In this document: positions 22,115-33,179 of the stretch, in pieces
Layout of the letters: every line of letters begins with the position of its first letter
How positions within the stretch are numbered: the stretch's first letter is position 1
Source of the DNA: Macrostomum lignano
Lineage: Eukaryota
Assembly: GCA_002269645.1 (NCBI GenBank)
Contig: NIVC01000575.1
Location: 124,001 to 188,000, forward strand
Reading direction: 5' to 3'
Length of the DNA: 64,000 bases
Notes under the pieces: model-generated
Database searches by the model: none
Seen by the model: the letters and a program-made list of their open reading frames with translations, nothing else
What the model was told of the DNA's origin: nothing
Translations under genes and position numbers: made by a program

Positions 22115-23947
22115 ATGCTGTCGCACAAAATCGGCCCAGCAAAAAAACCCTTAGCCTGGTTGAACAAGCCCTCCGCTCTTCTATTTCTAGTGTGCAGCGC
22201 CGCTGCCAGTCTACTGCTGTTTTGCAGCATCGATACCGAAATCAGAACTTCTCCGTTTTTGTGCAGTCGGCAGTCGAATGCTTCTATGCCGACAGCGCCA
22301 ACCGTTTCGGTGGAGTCAGCTCCAGCGACGGCGTCTGAGTCGGACTATGCGGTACCTACCGTGCATCGTTACGACAACGGTATTATCCGACTTAGAAGCA
22401 ACAGACAGCGGCATTATCCCCGTGGGAATCAGCTGGCCACGCTTAACGTGTCGGAACTAGAGAGTCTGTACGAGAATGTACTACTGGAGCTGACGGCGGA
22501 GTGTTCAACTAACCGCAGGCTGGGTCGAACTGACGACGGCGGCTGGAATCTGTGCCTAACCGGACCGTTCGGACCGAAGCAGCCCTGCTACAGCTTCTCG
22601 TTCGGCATCAACAATATCTGGGAGTTCGATGACCAGGTAGCGAAACTGTTTAAATGCCGCGTGATAACATTCGATCCGTCCATGAACAAAGAGAGCTTCG
22701 TACGCAGCGAGCGGATAGTTTTTCTTAACGAGGGCCTGCACGCAGCGAAAGGAACATTGCACTCTTGGCCTGTTGACAGTTATTTGGGATTCCTGAGGAG
22801 ATTCAAAGCAGAAGATCGCGTGATCGATATACTGAAAATTGACATCGAACATTCAGAGTGGCCAGCTCTGAAGACTGCAGTCAAGGATGGTTCGCTAAAA
22901 AATGTCAAGCAGCTCTTGTTGGAGACGCATATTAAGCGTGAAGCCACAGCCAACGACTATCTCGAGTACTTTGCTGTCCTGGAAAGTCTGCACAGCCTTG
23001 GCTTCCGTCTGTGGCACTACAACTGGAATACGTTCGGTAACTTCATCAGCCGGCATGATGCAACTTTGCGAACCTGCTGCCACGAGCTGTACTACATCAA
23101 TTCCAACTTCCTGACAACTGATGCAAACTTATCGGCCGCCAGGAACCCGTCTGATTCGGCCAACGTCGACCTTCGAACACTGCTGCCCATCTCCAAGACT
23201 GGCAACTTCAACCGGCTGGAGTCTCTTCGACGAGTCAATCTTAGTAACCAAACGGAAAGGCAGGTGGAGGATATGTACTTTGCCTTTGTGGAGCAGCAAC
23301 AGATCGCGTGTCCGTTCAGTAGGCGAGTCGGCGATTCCGGAGACGGTGGTTGGGACGTCTGCTTTACCGCCCCGTTTGACATCAGCCGGTCTGATCCGTG
23401 CGTGGCCTTCTCATTCGGCATCAACAACATTTGGAAATTCGACGATCAATTGGCAGAGAAATACCGCTGCAAGGTGTACATGTTTGATCCCAGTATGACT
23501 GGCACGAGTGATCACCAGCGCAAGCAGACGTCTTGGTTCTACCGCACTGGCCTGGGCGCCGAGAACAAGGTAGACTCTTCCAGCGGTTGGAAGATGCGGA
23601 CACTTTGTCACCTATTAGATGAGCTTGGCTATGTTAATAGGCCAATTGACCTTGTTAAAATCGATATCGAGCACTGGGAATGGTCGAGCCTAGAACGGGC
23701 CATCCAGGAGGGATGCTTGCATCAGGTGAAGCAGTTGCTGTTTGAGTCGCACACAGGTGAAATGGTACAGGTCAGCACAGACTACACCCGTCTGGTGCGT
23801 GTTTGGTTGGGCCTATTCAACATCGGTTTTCGCTCCTGGAAGTGGCACAAGAACCCAACTTCCATAATTTATCGGTCCAGGACTGGGGCCGAGCGGGCCT
23901 GCTGCTACGAGCACTACATGCTGAATACTAAACTGATTAAGCTGTAA
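22115..23947 (+). CDS. Intronless type II membrane protein with two tandem METTL24-like (Methyltransf_22/FkbM-related) domains, ~610 aa
   Basis: First true ATG at 22115, then a signal-anchor (ALLFLVCSAAASLLLFCSI) and a Ser/Thr/Pro stem. Two copies follow of R(L/V)G..DGGW..C, FSFGINNIW.FDD, FDPSM, ID.(L/V)KIDIEH.EW, KQLL.E.H and CC.E...N. Strong acceptor (TTTCCTTTATTTGCGCACAG) at 21922-21923 upstream. Confidence 0.85.
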   Translation: MLSHKIGPAKKPLAWLNKPSALLFLVCSAAASLLLFCSIDTEIRTSPFLCSRQSNASMPTAPTVSVESAPATASESDYAVPTVHRYDNGIIRLRSNRQRHYPRGNQLATLNVSELESLYENVLLELTAECSTNRRLGRTDDGGWNLCLTGPFGPKQPCYSFSFGINNIWEFDDQVAKLFKCRVITFDPSMNKESFVRSERIVFLNEGLHAAKGTLHSWPVDSYLGFLRRFKAEDRVIDILKIDIEHSEWPALKTAVKDGSLKNVKQLLLETHIKREATANDYLEYFAVLESLHSLGFRLWHYNWNTFGNFISRHDATLRTCCHELYYINSNFLTTDANLSAARNPSDSANVDLRTLLPISKTGNFNRLESLRRVNLSNQTERQVEDMYFAFVEQQQIACPFSRRVGDSGDGGWDVCFTAPFDISRSDPCVAFSFGINNIWKFDDQLAEKYRCKVYMFDPSMTGTSDHQRKQTSWFYRTGLGAENKVDSSSGWKMRTLCHLLDELGYVNRPIDLVKIDIEHWEWSSLERAIQEGCLHQVKQLLFESHTGEMVQVSTDYTRLVRVWLGLFNIGFRSWKWHKNPTSIIYRSRTGAERACCYEHYMLNTKLIKL

Positions 23948-24769
23948 GAGTATATATGCATTAGAAATTGTTCTTTCCGTTTCCTGGTTAGTTAATATTT
24001 GATTTTTGTAACAACGAAACAACTTCAGCTTTACTTTTAGACGCTGTTGCTAAGCAAAGCTACGAGCTATGTAAACTTATAGTCAGTGCTATTTATTTTC
24101 ATAATGCAGTTAATGGTTTGCGAAGCAAAGGCGTTTTTGGATCGGTACGGTTCAAGCTGCTCAGATCAGGTAATAGACTTCTTAATTGTAGATACGGTAC
24201 CTGACTGTATACAGGCATGCTGCGGTGAGTAGGAAAACTATAATTTTGAAGGCTCAACTTTAAAATGCATTATTTAGTTCGTAAGATATATTATTCGAAT
24301 TTTCTGTTGCTATACGCTGTTGCACTGTTTAGTGAGAAATTGTACCACTGCCCTCTGTGTAGGCAAACTCTGTAGCAGTTTAACAGTGGATGGCAATTGG
24401 CAAGGCAATCCAATCCAGCATGGATGCTTTTTGTATCGCTTTTAGTATGGCGCTAAAAGCAGAAGATTTATGAAAAAAGCGATGCAATGCAATACGACGC
24501 TACAAGTCCCACCATGGAAATTTTAACATTAAGTTTTACCTAAGATTTAAATGGCCTCCGAAGAAATGCGTATTTTCTTGGTTCTTAGACTGATGCAGAC
24601 TGCAGTGGAGCTGAAGGTACACAACTTCCTCTCAGGGCTGCTAATTGGCTGGAAAATGACGTAATTAAAGCATGAGAACAACCATGAGAGTACTACGTTC
24701 CACAAACTGGCTTTCGAAGCCAGATAAAGAATCCAGCTCATAGCTGCAGGCCAGACAAGAGTGGAAAGG

Positions 24770-26110
24770 AGAAGGAATAGACGATTGGAAGAGAGCAGAG
24801 AGTAGAGGAGAGATGAGAGGATAGAGAGAAGAGTGGAAATATGAAAGAGCAGAGTGGAGAGAGCAGAGAGCAGAGAGAAGAGAGAAGAGAGAAGAGAGAA
24901 AAGAGGAAAGATGAGAGAGAACAGAGAGGAGAGACGACAGACAAAGAGAAAGAGAAGTGGAGTGAGGAGAGGGGAGAGGCGAATGGAGAGAAGAGGGGAG
25001 AGAGAATTGTGAGGACAGGGGAGAGGTGAGAGGGAGAGAGTAGAAAGGGGAGTGTTAAGAGAGGGGAGAGTGAGGAGTGAGAAAAGGGGAGAGAGAAGAG
25101 AGAGTAAAGAGCAGGAGAGAATGCGAGGAGATAAGAGAGCAGGAGAGAATGCGAGGAGATAAGAGAGCAGGAGAGAATGCGAGGAGATAAGAGAGCAGGA
25201 GAGAATGCGAGGAGATAAGAGAGTAGATAAAAGAGGAGAAATTAGAAATGGGAGAGCAGAGACGAGAGAGAAGAGACGCGAGAGAAGAGAGGAGAATAGT
25301 GGAGAGGGAAGAGACGAGAAAAAAGAGGAGAGACAAAAGACAAGAGAGAAGAGAGGAGACAGAATCTGAGGAGATAGAAGTTTCAAAGGATTCAAGGGAT
25401 ATATAGAGAGGCAGAGGCAGAGGCCAACTTCTGCCAATGCATGTTTTAAACAGAAATGGCCTGACATTCTACCAACGAGATCAATGCTTGCCTCAAATCT
25501 TTATTCTACACGAATTTACTCCATTCTATGCTTACCTCTATCCTAACTACGAGTATTAACAAGTTTTTGTTTGAGTAAGACTTTAGATTTTAGAATACAA
25601 GCAAAAATAGTTCTGGGGATTGGAATTCCACGGGTTCAAATTCCGCAGGTTCTAACAGCTTGTCTCTATACTCGTATATACTGAAAGCGAGAGAAGAGAA
25701 GAGAAGAGAAAGGAAAAAGAGGAGGGGAAAGAGAAGAGTACAGAGGAGAGAGATAAGAGAACAGATTGGAGAGTAAAGATGACAGAAAGAGAGTTGACAT
25801 GAGAGAGCAGAGACGAGAGTGAACAGACAAGAGATGGGAGGAGAGAGGAGAAGAAAGATATGGGAGCAGATAGGGGAGAGAGAAGAGACGAGAGAGGAGA
25901 GAAGAGAAGAAAGAGAGTAGTAGAGAGGAGAGAGCCAAGATGAGAGAAAAGAGATGAGAAGTGGATTATCAAAAGAGGAGGAATACGAGAGGAGAGAAGA
26001 GAGGAGAGAGGAGAGGGAAGACGAGATGATAGATGAAATAAGAAAAGAGAGAGAGAGAGAGGAGAGAGGAGAGAGGAGAGAAGCTCAAAATAACCTAAAG
26101 GAATGAGAGA
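24770..26110. repeat. Two GA-rich low-complexity tracts (24770-25410, 25690-26110), including a 28-bp x4 repeat at ~25110-25220
   Basis: Direct reading; source of the LLS-rich antisense ORFs. Confidence 0.85.
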
Positions 26111-26362
26111 GAGGCAGAGGCCAGAGTTGCCAACACATGTTTTAGACAGACGTTTAGATGGACTCATTCTACGCGGCACCTCAAAATCGACAAGATCAAG
26201 GCTTGCCTCAAATCTTAATTTAACCACAAATTTACTCAATTTTTCTAACCTATTTACAAGTTTTTGTTTGAGTACGACTTAAAAATTAATATTCTTTTGA
26301 AAAAATAGTTCCGGGGATTGGAATTCAGCGGGTTCAAAACCGCCGGTTTCAACAGCTTGTAC
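25410..26362. repeat. Diverged direct duplication of a ~250-bp block (25410-25660 and 26110-26362), period ~700 bp
   Basis: Shared GAGGCAGAGGCC, GCTTGCCTCAAATCTT, CAAGTTTTTGTTTGAGTA.GACTT, AAAATAGTTC.GGGGATTGGAATTC..CGGGTTCAAA and AACAGCTTGT. Confidence 0.85.
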
Positions 26363-26367
26363 GCACT

Positions 26368-26855
26368 CATAAACCCGAAATATCATAAACCCGAAATATC
26401 ATAAACCCGAAATATCATAAACCCGAAATATCATAAACCCGAAATATCATAAACCCGAAATATCATAAACCCGAAATATCATAAACCCGAAATATCATAA
26501 ACCCGAAATATCATAAACCCGAAATATCATAAACCCGAAATATCATAAACCCGAAATATCATAAACCCGAAATATCATAAACCCGAAATATCATAAACCC
26601 GAAATATCATAAACCCGAAATATCATAAACCCGAAATATCATAACTCCGAAATTGCTAGCAACGCACACCATAAACCCGAAATATCACAAACCCGAAATA
26701 TCATAACTCCGAAACAAAAATAGTATTGCCCATCATAAACCCGAAATATCATAACTCCGAAAGTTCTAGCAATGTCCAACACTATTTTGGTATTCGGAGT
26801 TATGATATTTCTGGTTTGTGATATTTCGGGTTTGTGATATTTCGGGTTTATGATA
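26368..26855. mobile_element. Foldback/MITE-like element: 16-bp tandem units (TCATAAACCCGAAATA) in the left arm and inverted copies in the right arm
   Basis: About 20 direct units at 26368-26760. Reverse-complement units (TATTTCGGGTTTATGA) at ~26790-26853. CTCCGAAACAAAAATAGT at ~26707 is mirrored by ACTATTTTGGTATTCGGAG at ~26781. Confidence 0.7.
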
Positions 26856-27596
26856 GCGACCCTGTGTCCTCCCAGACAAATCCAAGCTTGGCTGGCTGGG
26901 TGAAGTCACCCCACCAGCCAGGCGTACTGGAGCCTGCATGCGAACGCCCTAAGTTCTCGATCCGGGCTGTGCACCGCCACAACTCGTAATAAAGTCAAAA
27001 GCTTTTTTTAGGACCATTTCGTGTTCTTCATTAGATTTATACCAATATTTAATCATGGCTATGGCTACATGTATACCTTAAACTGCTTGCGCAGTCGTTC
27101 TACTAGCTAACTTATGCTTATTAGTGTTTGCTTATGCATGCAATCAAGGACTACTAGAAGTTATCGTTGTATCATTATAGATGTCCTTGGACGCAATTCT
27201 CGAACTTGTAGCACGATGCAAGGTATAACTTCTAGTGGACCTTGCATACAATTAGCCCTGTTTTAGCGTCGTTAAACAGCTACCAAGCTATGAACTTCTT
27301 CCGGTTCCGATCCGGTTCATTCGGTATGTTGATCGTTCCGGTTTGTTTAGGAAATCAGTTGAACTGGACCGGAGCCTGATGATCATAAGTTAATTGGTCT
27401 CGTCAGTATTTCACTATTTTTTTAGCATTTTTATTTCGATGTATTGTACGCTGAAATCGTTTGCTTAGTTTTTTGTGTTCTAGCTATAAGAAAATAACGA
27501 CGCGTTTCATTCGATCTAGCGTCAATCTTCTGTAATCACTGAACTTAGTTGTCTTAAATGCTGTTAGGATTCTTTTTTATATTTGAGGTAGCAGAT

Positions 27597-28250
27597 ACTC
27601 TCCAGAGAATCTGACCCCTCCCTCCAGAGAATCTGACCCCTCCCTCTAGAGAATATGACCCCTCCCTCTAGAGAATCTGACCCTTCTTCTAGAGAATCTG
27701 ACCCTTCTTCTAGAGAATCTGACCCTTCTTCTAGAGAATCTGACCCCTCCCTCTAGAGAATCTGACCCTCCCTCTATAGAATTTGACCCCTCCCTCTAGA
27801 GAATCTGACCCTTCCTCTAGAGAATCTGACCCCTCCCTCTAGAGAATCTGACCCCTCCCTCTAGAGAATCTGACCCCTCCCTCTAGAGAATCTGATCCCT
27901 CCCTCTAGAGAATCTGACCCCTCCCTCTAGAGAATCTGACCCTTCCTCTAGAGAATCTGACCCCTCCCTCTAGAGAATCTGACCGCTCCCTCTAGAGAAT
28001 CTGACCCCTCCCTCTAGAGAATCTGACCCCTCCCTCTAGAGAATCTGACCCCTCCCTCTAGAGAATCTGACCCCTCCCTCTAGAGAATCTGACCCCTCCC
28101 TCTAGAGAATCTGACCCCTCCCTCTAGAGAATCTGACCCCTCCCTCTAGAGAATCTGACCGCTCCCTCTAGAGAATCTGACCCCTCCCTCTAGAAAATCT
28201 GACCCCTCCCTCTAGAGAATCTGACCCCTCCCTCTAGACAAGCTGACCCC
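27597..28250. repeat. 22-bp minisatellite (CTCTAGAGAATCTGACCCCTCC)
   Basis: About 30 copies. Confidence 0.95.
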
Positions 28251-29559
28251 TTCGTCTTGTGAATCTGTCCCAAACAGTCTAAAACCCATTCGCATCACAT
28301 GTACCAGCTATACATGTAAAACATTAACAAAATTGGACTTCAACAGGATCGAGTTTAAGCTTGCATAGAACTCAATTAAGTTAACATTTCTGTCAGCTTT
28401 GTTTTCCCATCGCTGATGCACATTCTGTCATTCTCCCATGAGAACTAAAAAGCGCTTTTAAAGCTGCTTTGACTGAAGATTTTCAAGCAAATTGAAGTAA
28501 ATTATAGATTATAGAAAGCAAAAGCAAAGCCAAACAATTTTCTCAACACAAAATCTTCCATCTCAACCATTTAAACTTTGAATATTGGGTACTATATAAA
28601 TTAATGTTCATTCATATTAGGCGCGCCTTGCTTATATAGCTCGCATTAATAATTTTATTAATTTTCTGACTCGAGAAGTATCTAAGACCTTAATTTATTA
28701 AGTTAATTATTTTTCATAATGCTCCTCTGATACTGCAAGTGGTACTGCTATTGAATGCTGTATTAACTATACTGAAAAATATAATTACTCTCAGCCTCCT
28801 TCGAACGTATATATATACTTCTAAATTATGTAAACCTACTTGCTCATTCTGAAACCGCCGAAACGCAACGCGCTGAAAAGGTAAATAAATATATAGTTAC
28901 ATTTGCATGTGTTTACGAGTGCAGTGAGAATGATCAAGTTACAGCAGCATTAAAAGCTACGTAGATGCGAGCCAATTAAAATTGTATTCATTTTTAGGGT
29001 GATAAATTCACTGCAAAAGTTAGAAGGGGGTTAGAGTTTAAAATATAACAATTTAAACCCTGTTTGCTGTTTAGATACATGTGTGGCGTAGCGTAGCGAG
29101 TTTGAGATTTAGTAAGCGATTATTTAATTAATTATTTATTTAATTATTTATTCGTTAGCTAGTTCAATTAGTAGTAGTGTTGACACGCAGGGCACGAGAC
29201 AAAACGCCGAGTAGAGGAAGTACTAACTAGCGCGAGGCAACATTTAAATTGGCGGGGAAATCCGATTCATTTAAACCTAAGATATCTATCAAAAAAGTAG
29301 TAATAACTTGGACTTAAATAAATAAAACTTAAAGTACATTTTTATCTAAATAAATTACATTAAATTAATAGCTGGGGCACCTGCAAATTAATCAACTACA
29401 ATAATTTTAAGTAATAAAAACTCACATAGAAACTAAAAATTTAAGATGTTAACGACGTCGTCACACATGGGACAAGCAAGTATACAAATAGAACAAGGGT
29501 CGGTAAGCTTTTTTACCTAAAAGCTAGGGTAAAGAATTTTTTTGCCGACCGGATGAAAG

Positions 29560-29860
29560 CTGGATGAGAGCTGAGAGAAGAAGGAATTATAGTTGAGAGA
29601 AAGAAGAGGAAATACATGTACGAGTTGGAGATGAGAGAAAGAGAAGAGAGGAAAGGCGAGAGAGAGAGAGAAGAGATATAGGAGAGATATGAGAGAATAT
29701 AAGCTAAGAGAGAGGAGAGAGAAATAAAGGGGGATGAGAAGAGAAGATAGATAGATGAGAGATGAAAGGAGAGAAGAGATGGGGAGAGAAGATGAGAGAG
29801 CGCTGCAGACAGCAATGAAACTAAAGAAAGGGGAGAGAGTCGAGGTAAGAGAGCTGAGAA
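29560..29860. repeat. GA-rich low-complexity tract
   Basis: Direct reading. Confidence 0.8.
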
Positions 29861-29869
29861 GAGACCTTG

Positions 29870-29986
29870 AGTGGGCCGGATTGCCATTATGAAGTTTCAA
29901 AAGACCCGCGAGGGCCGGATTGAGAAATTTTCATGGGCCGCATGTGGCCCGCGGGCCGCGGATCGAGTAATTGCCGACACCTGTAG
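29870..29986. mobile_element. Probable end of a non-autonomous hAT-type DNA transposon
   Basis: GGGCCGGAT occurs twice, followed by GGGCCGCATGTGGCCCGCGGGCCGC...GCCGACACCTG, resembling hAT subterminal motifs and a CAGG-type terminus. The partner end was not found. Confidence 0.45.
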
Positions 29987-30717
29987 AAAGAACGCTACTC
30001 TTGATTACAAATAAGCTCGACGCTTGTAATTTTTCGTATCGCCAGTGCAAGGTCTCGAAAACTAATTTTCATGCGGATTTTTCTCGACCGAACGTATCAA
30101 TAGTGAAACAGAAACTCCATTCAGCGCCATGCATTTCCTTGAAGAAGCATGCATTCTAAATGTTAGGCTAAAATAAGCTCGGAACTTTTTAAAACAACTG
30201 AAGTTAACAAAATAAGTAACATATCCGATTTTCAAAGAAACAATTTTCAGAATAAATACCAATGAAACTGTAAGCTAATTAGAATATCTTACTAGCATAT
30301 AGCATAAATATTGTATTCCTCTAGTTACTTTTTTAAACTTCCAGCGCTGTTTCTTGTTAACTGAACTGGCTGTCCTCTGAGCCAATTCTGATTCCTTCTT
30401 CGGTCTTCATGCATGCATGACTTTATCGGGCTTTTGTAACTGTTGTGTGTAGCTTAGCCTTAGCCCTTAGTGATCCAATTAGCCTGCTCAAGACAGTTTA
30501 TGATTATCTTCATATGCTGATATCAACTTATTAGATATTTTTTCTTACTGCCTTACCTTAGGTTGCTAGCCTGATAAAGGCAGCGTACAATGACTTACTA
30601 TGACAAGGTCCCGACGCATAACTTAACTAAACCGTATTTGCTAATTTATTTAGTTGCATTGTTGTTTTGCTAAATATTGGAGACGATATTATTGGTCCTG
30701 GTCCCTGGTCCGAATTG

Positions 30718-30990
30718 GAGGCGAAACTGTCCATGGCCGAAACGGTCTGTGGGCGAAATGGTCTGGGGGCGAAATGTCCATGGCCGAAACGGTTTATGGG
30801 CGAAACGACCGGTTAGGATTGGGATCCTAGTCAAATTTTCAACTGGCGTTTTGTCAACTGGGAAGCTATTCTATTGCCCTCAGCAGGTCACTTCGTCAAT
30901 TGGCTAATTAGTGGACCTCTAAACATGGTCACTTTATCAGTTGCCAATTGCAACACTTAAATGGTAGTCACTTTGTCAATTGTCAACCTC
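30718..30990. mobile_element. Degenerate MITE/foldback arms: GGCGAAA(C/T)GTCC-type tandem units followed by GTCACTTTGTCAA(C/T)TG-type units
   Basis: About 6 units of the first type at 30718-30812 and about 5 of the second at 30820-30990. Classification is inferred. Confidence 0.45.
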
Positions 30991-33179
30991 TCCCCCCTCA
31001 GTCCATCGGCGCACACTTGGTGAATTTGATCCAATCCTCCCAGCAGCATGCAAAGCAAAAAGTTCTTGCATGCATGGTACATACTTGGGACTATGGTATA
31101 TTGGGCATGTATAATATGTATATTAGACTATATTAGACACCAATGCAATCAATCAGAATTAGAAGTATCGTATTGTATGACCTTGGCACAGGAAGTCAAT
31201 CAAATTGTATAAAAGCCTACCATGGCAAGAAAAATTGTCCTAGCTATATTATCATTTTATATCAAGCTTGGCCAACAGTTATGGAAGCAATTGATAATAC
31301 AATATAGAGTTTCTAGAATGATATAGGTTCCAAACTATTTTTTGAACAACTAATGGATGTCATGTAGAAAATTCAATTATATCTATTGACTATACAACAA
31401 AAATATAATCAAGCAATAACATTACAAGTTGTAACATCACCAAGCTTTAAATTTTATTATATATTTATAATAATTATAAATTATGATTATGAAATTATGA
31501 TCAGAATTATGAATTATGATGCTTTGGCATAAATGCATAATGCTTGTGGTTTTCAATATAATTCACTATTAGCCTAGATTGCAGAAGAACAAATGTATAG
31601 AATTATAGATTGTATCTTAGTTAGAGATAATGTCTTAGAGATAACTTAGAGATAATGCTTATCTACTACTCAATGTTCTAATGACTCTATTTATTGAAAA
31701 TGGTATGGTAATTGTACTAATGTTCAGAAAATATACAATAAAAAACTAGTATCAACTAGAAAAAAATTAGAACATGCTTTTGTTAGCTTAAGTCAATGTT
31801 CTTTAGGCTACATAGCATTTGAAAGTTGATAAACTTCTTAAGAGCCTTGTATTTATTTTCACATTATTCTGAAGTTAAGCTATAACTTTCAGCTTCAGTA
31901 TTGTCTTGAATGCACTTCTATAAAACCTTCTTTGTTAATTTGCTACTGCTTAAAACATTTTTTTCTTTTTGTAATGCAGTTCAAATAACATTTCATTTCC
32001 TTTGTTTCTTATTTACATATTTTATCCTTGCCATTAGGCCTAGCATTTTTACATACCTGTCCTTAATGATCTCATATTTGTCCATTTCCAAGGCCTTAGT
32101 TCTTCAAAAAGAAGAAAATAAAAGTGACCCTTGCAAAAAATTGGCTTTTGTAATCTGGCCAAGGCCAAGGCATATCTATTTCAGAAGCTGCTTTAGTTTT
32201 TAAAATAATATTGCCTTTGGTGAAGAGAAAAGGCAATCTCTACATTATTTTAGTTTTTTCGTAATGGAATATGTTAAATAGGAAGCTACCCTGTCTGCTT
32301 GACCAGCAAGGTGAATGAATATAAATTGCATGGCTGAGCATGGTGTTTTGGTGTTGGTCACATTTTGAATAAGTTGTAAAATTGAACTAGCAATATAAAC
32401 AAAAAGTTTAACAAATATATACATACATGGGCAACAGTCAGCCAAGTCAGCTGATCCGGCCGACCAATTTGGCAGCCAACCAAGGAAGTTGCAAAAATGC
32501 CCACACAAAAAAAATACCTAAGTAGTAGTACTAAGTAGCTGATGAAGCATTTTGAGTTAATCAGACAGTCATAGTTACTCCTGCTGTTTACTTAAAGTTG
32601 CGTTAATTTTGCTTTAGGTTTTTTACATGTAAGTCACATTTTTGGCCAAAAACTATGTCGCATTTTGTTAAAACTAAGTCGCATGGCCGACCAAATTTTG
32701 GAGGTTGCGCATGTATGAATATATAAAAAAGAACACTCAAAGGTCAAAAGTATAGGCCTGCCATATTTGAGTTAGAAATGTTTTTATCTTTTTAAAAGTA
32801 ATTTAATTGAAGAGAAACAAAAAATTGATACATTTCATTTTCCTATTGATTCTAGTTCTGGAATCAAAATTATTAGTTTTATATTCCATGTCACTGTATT
32901 AAGTTTTTTACATCAATACTAAAAATAAAATTAATAAAATTCAAGTTTCTTGTTTGCCAACTTTTTATCTTTGCAAAAAGGTTAATAAAACTTGCCTGGC
33001 ACTGTACTCAACTAGTCAACAATCTACATGCATATTAATTACATTGTCAGGATCATGTTTTATGTGCACTAGAAGTTACCCAAAAATATTTTCAATTGTA
33101 CACCAGATATTGCCAGGCAAAATGCACACAGTTGTATAATTGTAGTAGGTTCTCAATTTTATCTGTTTAAAAATTGTTC

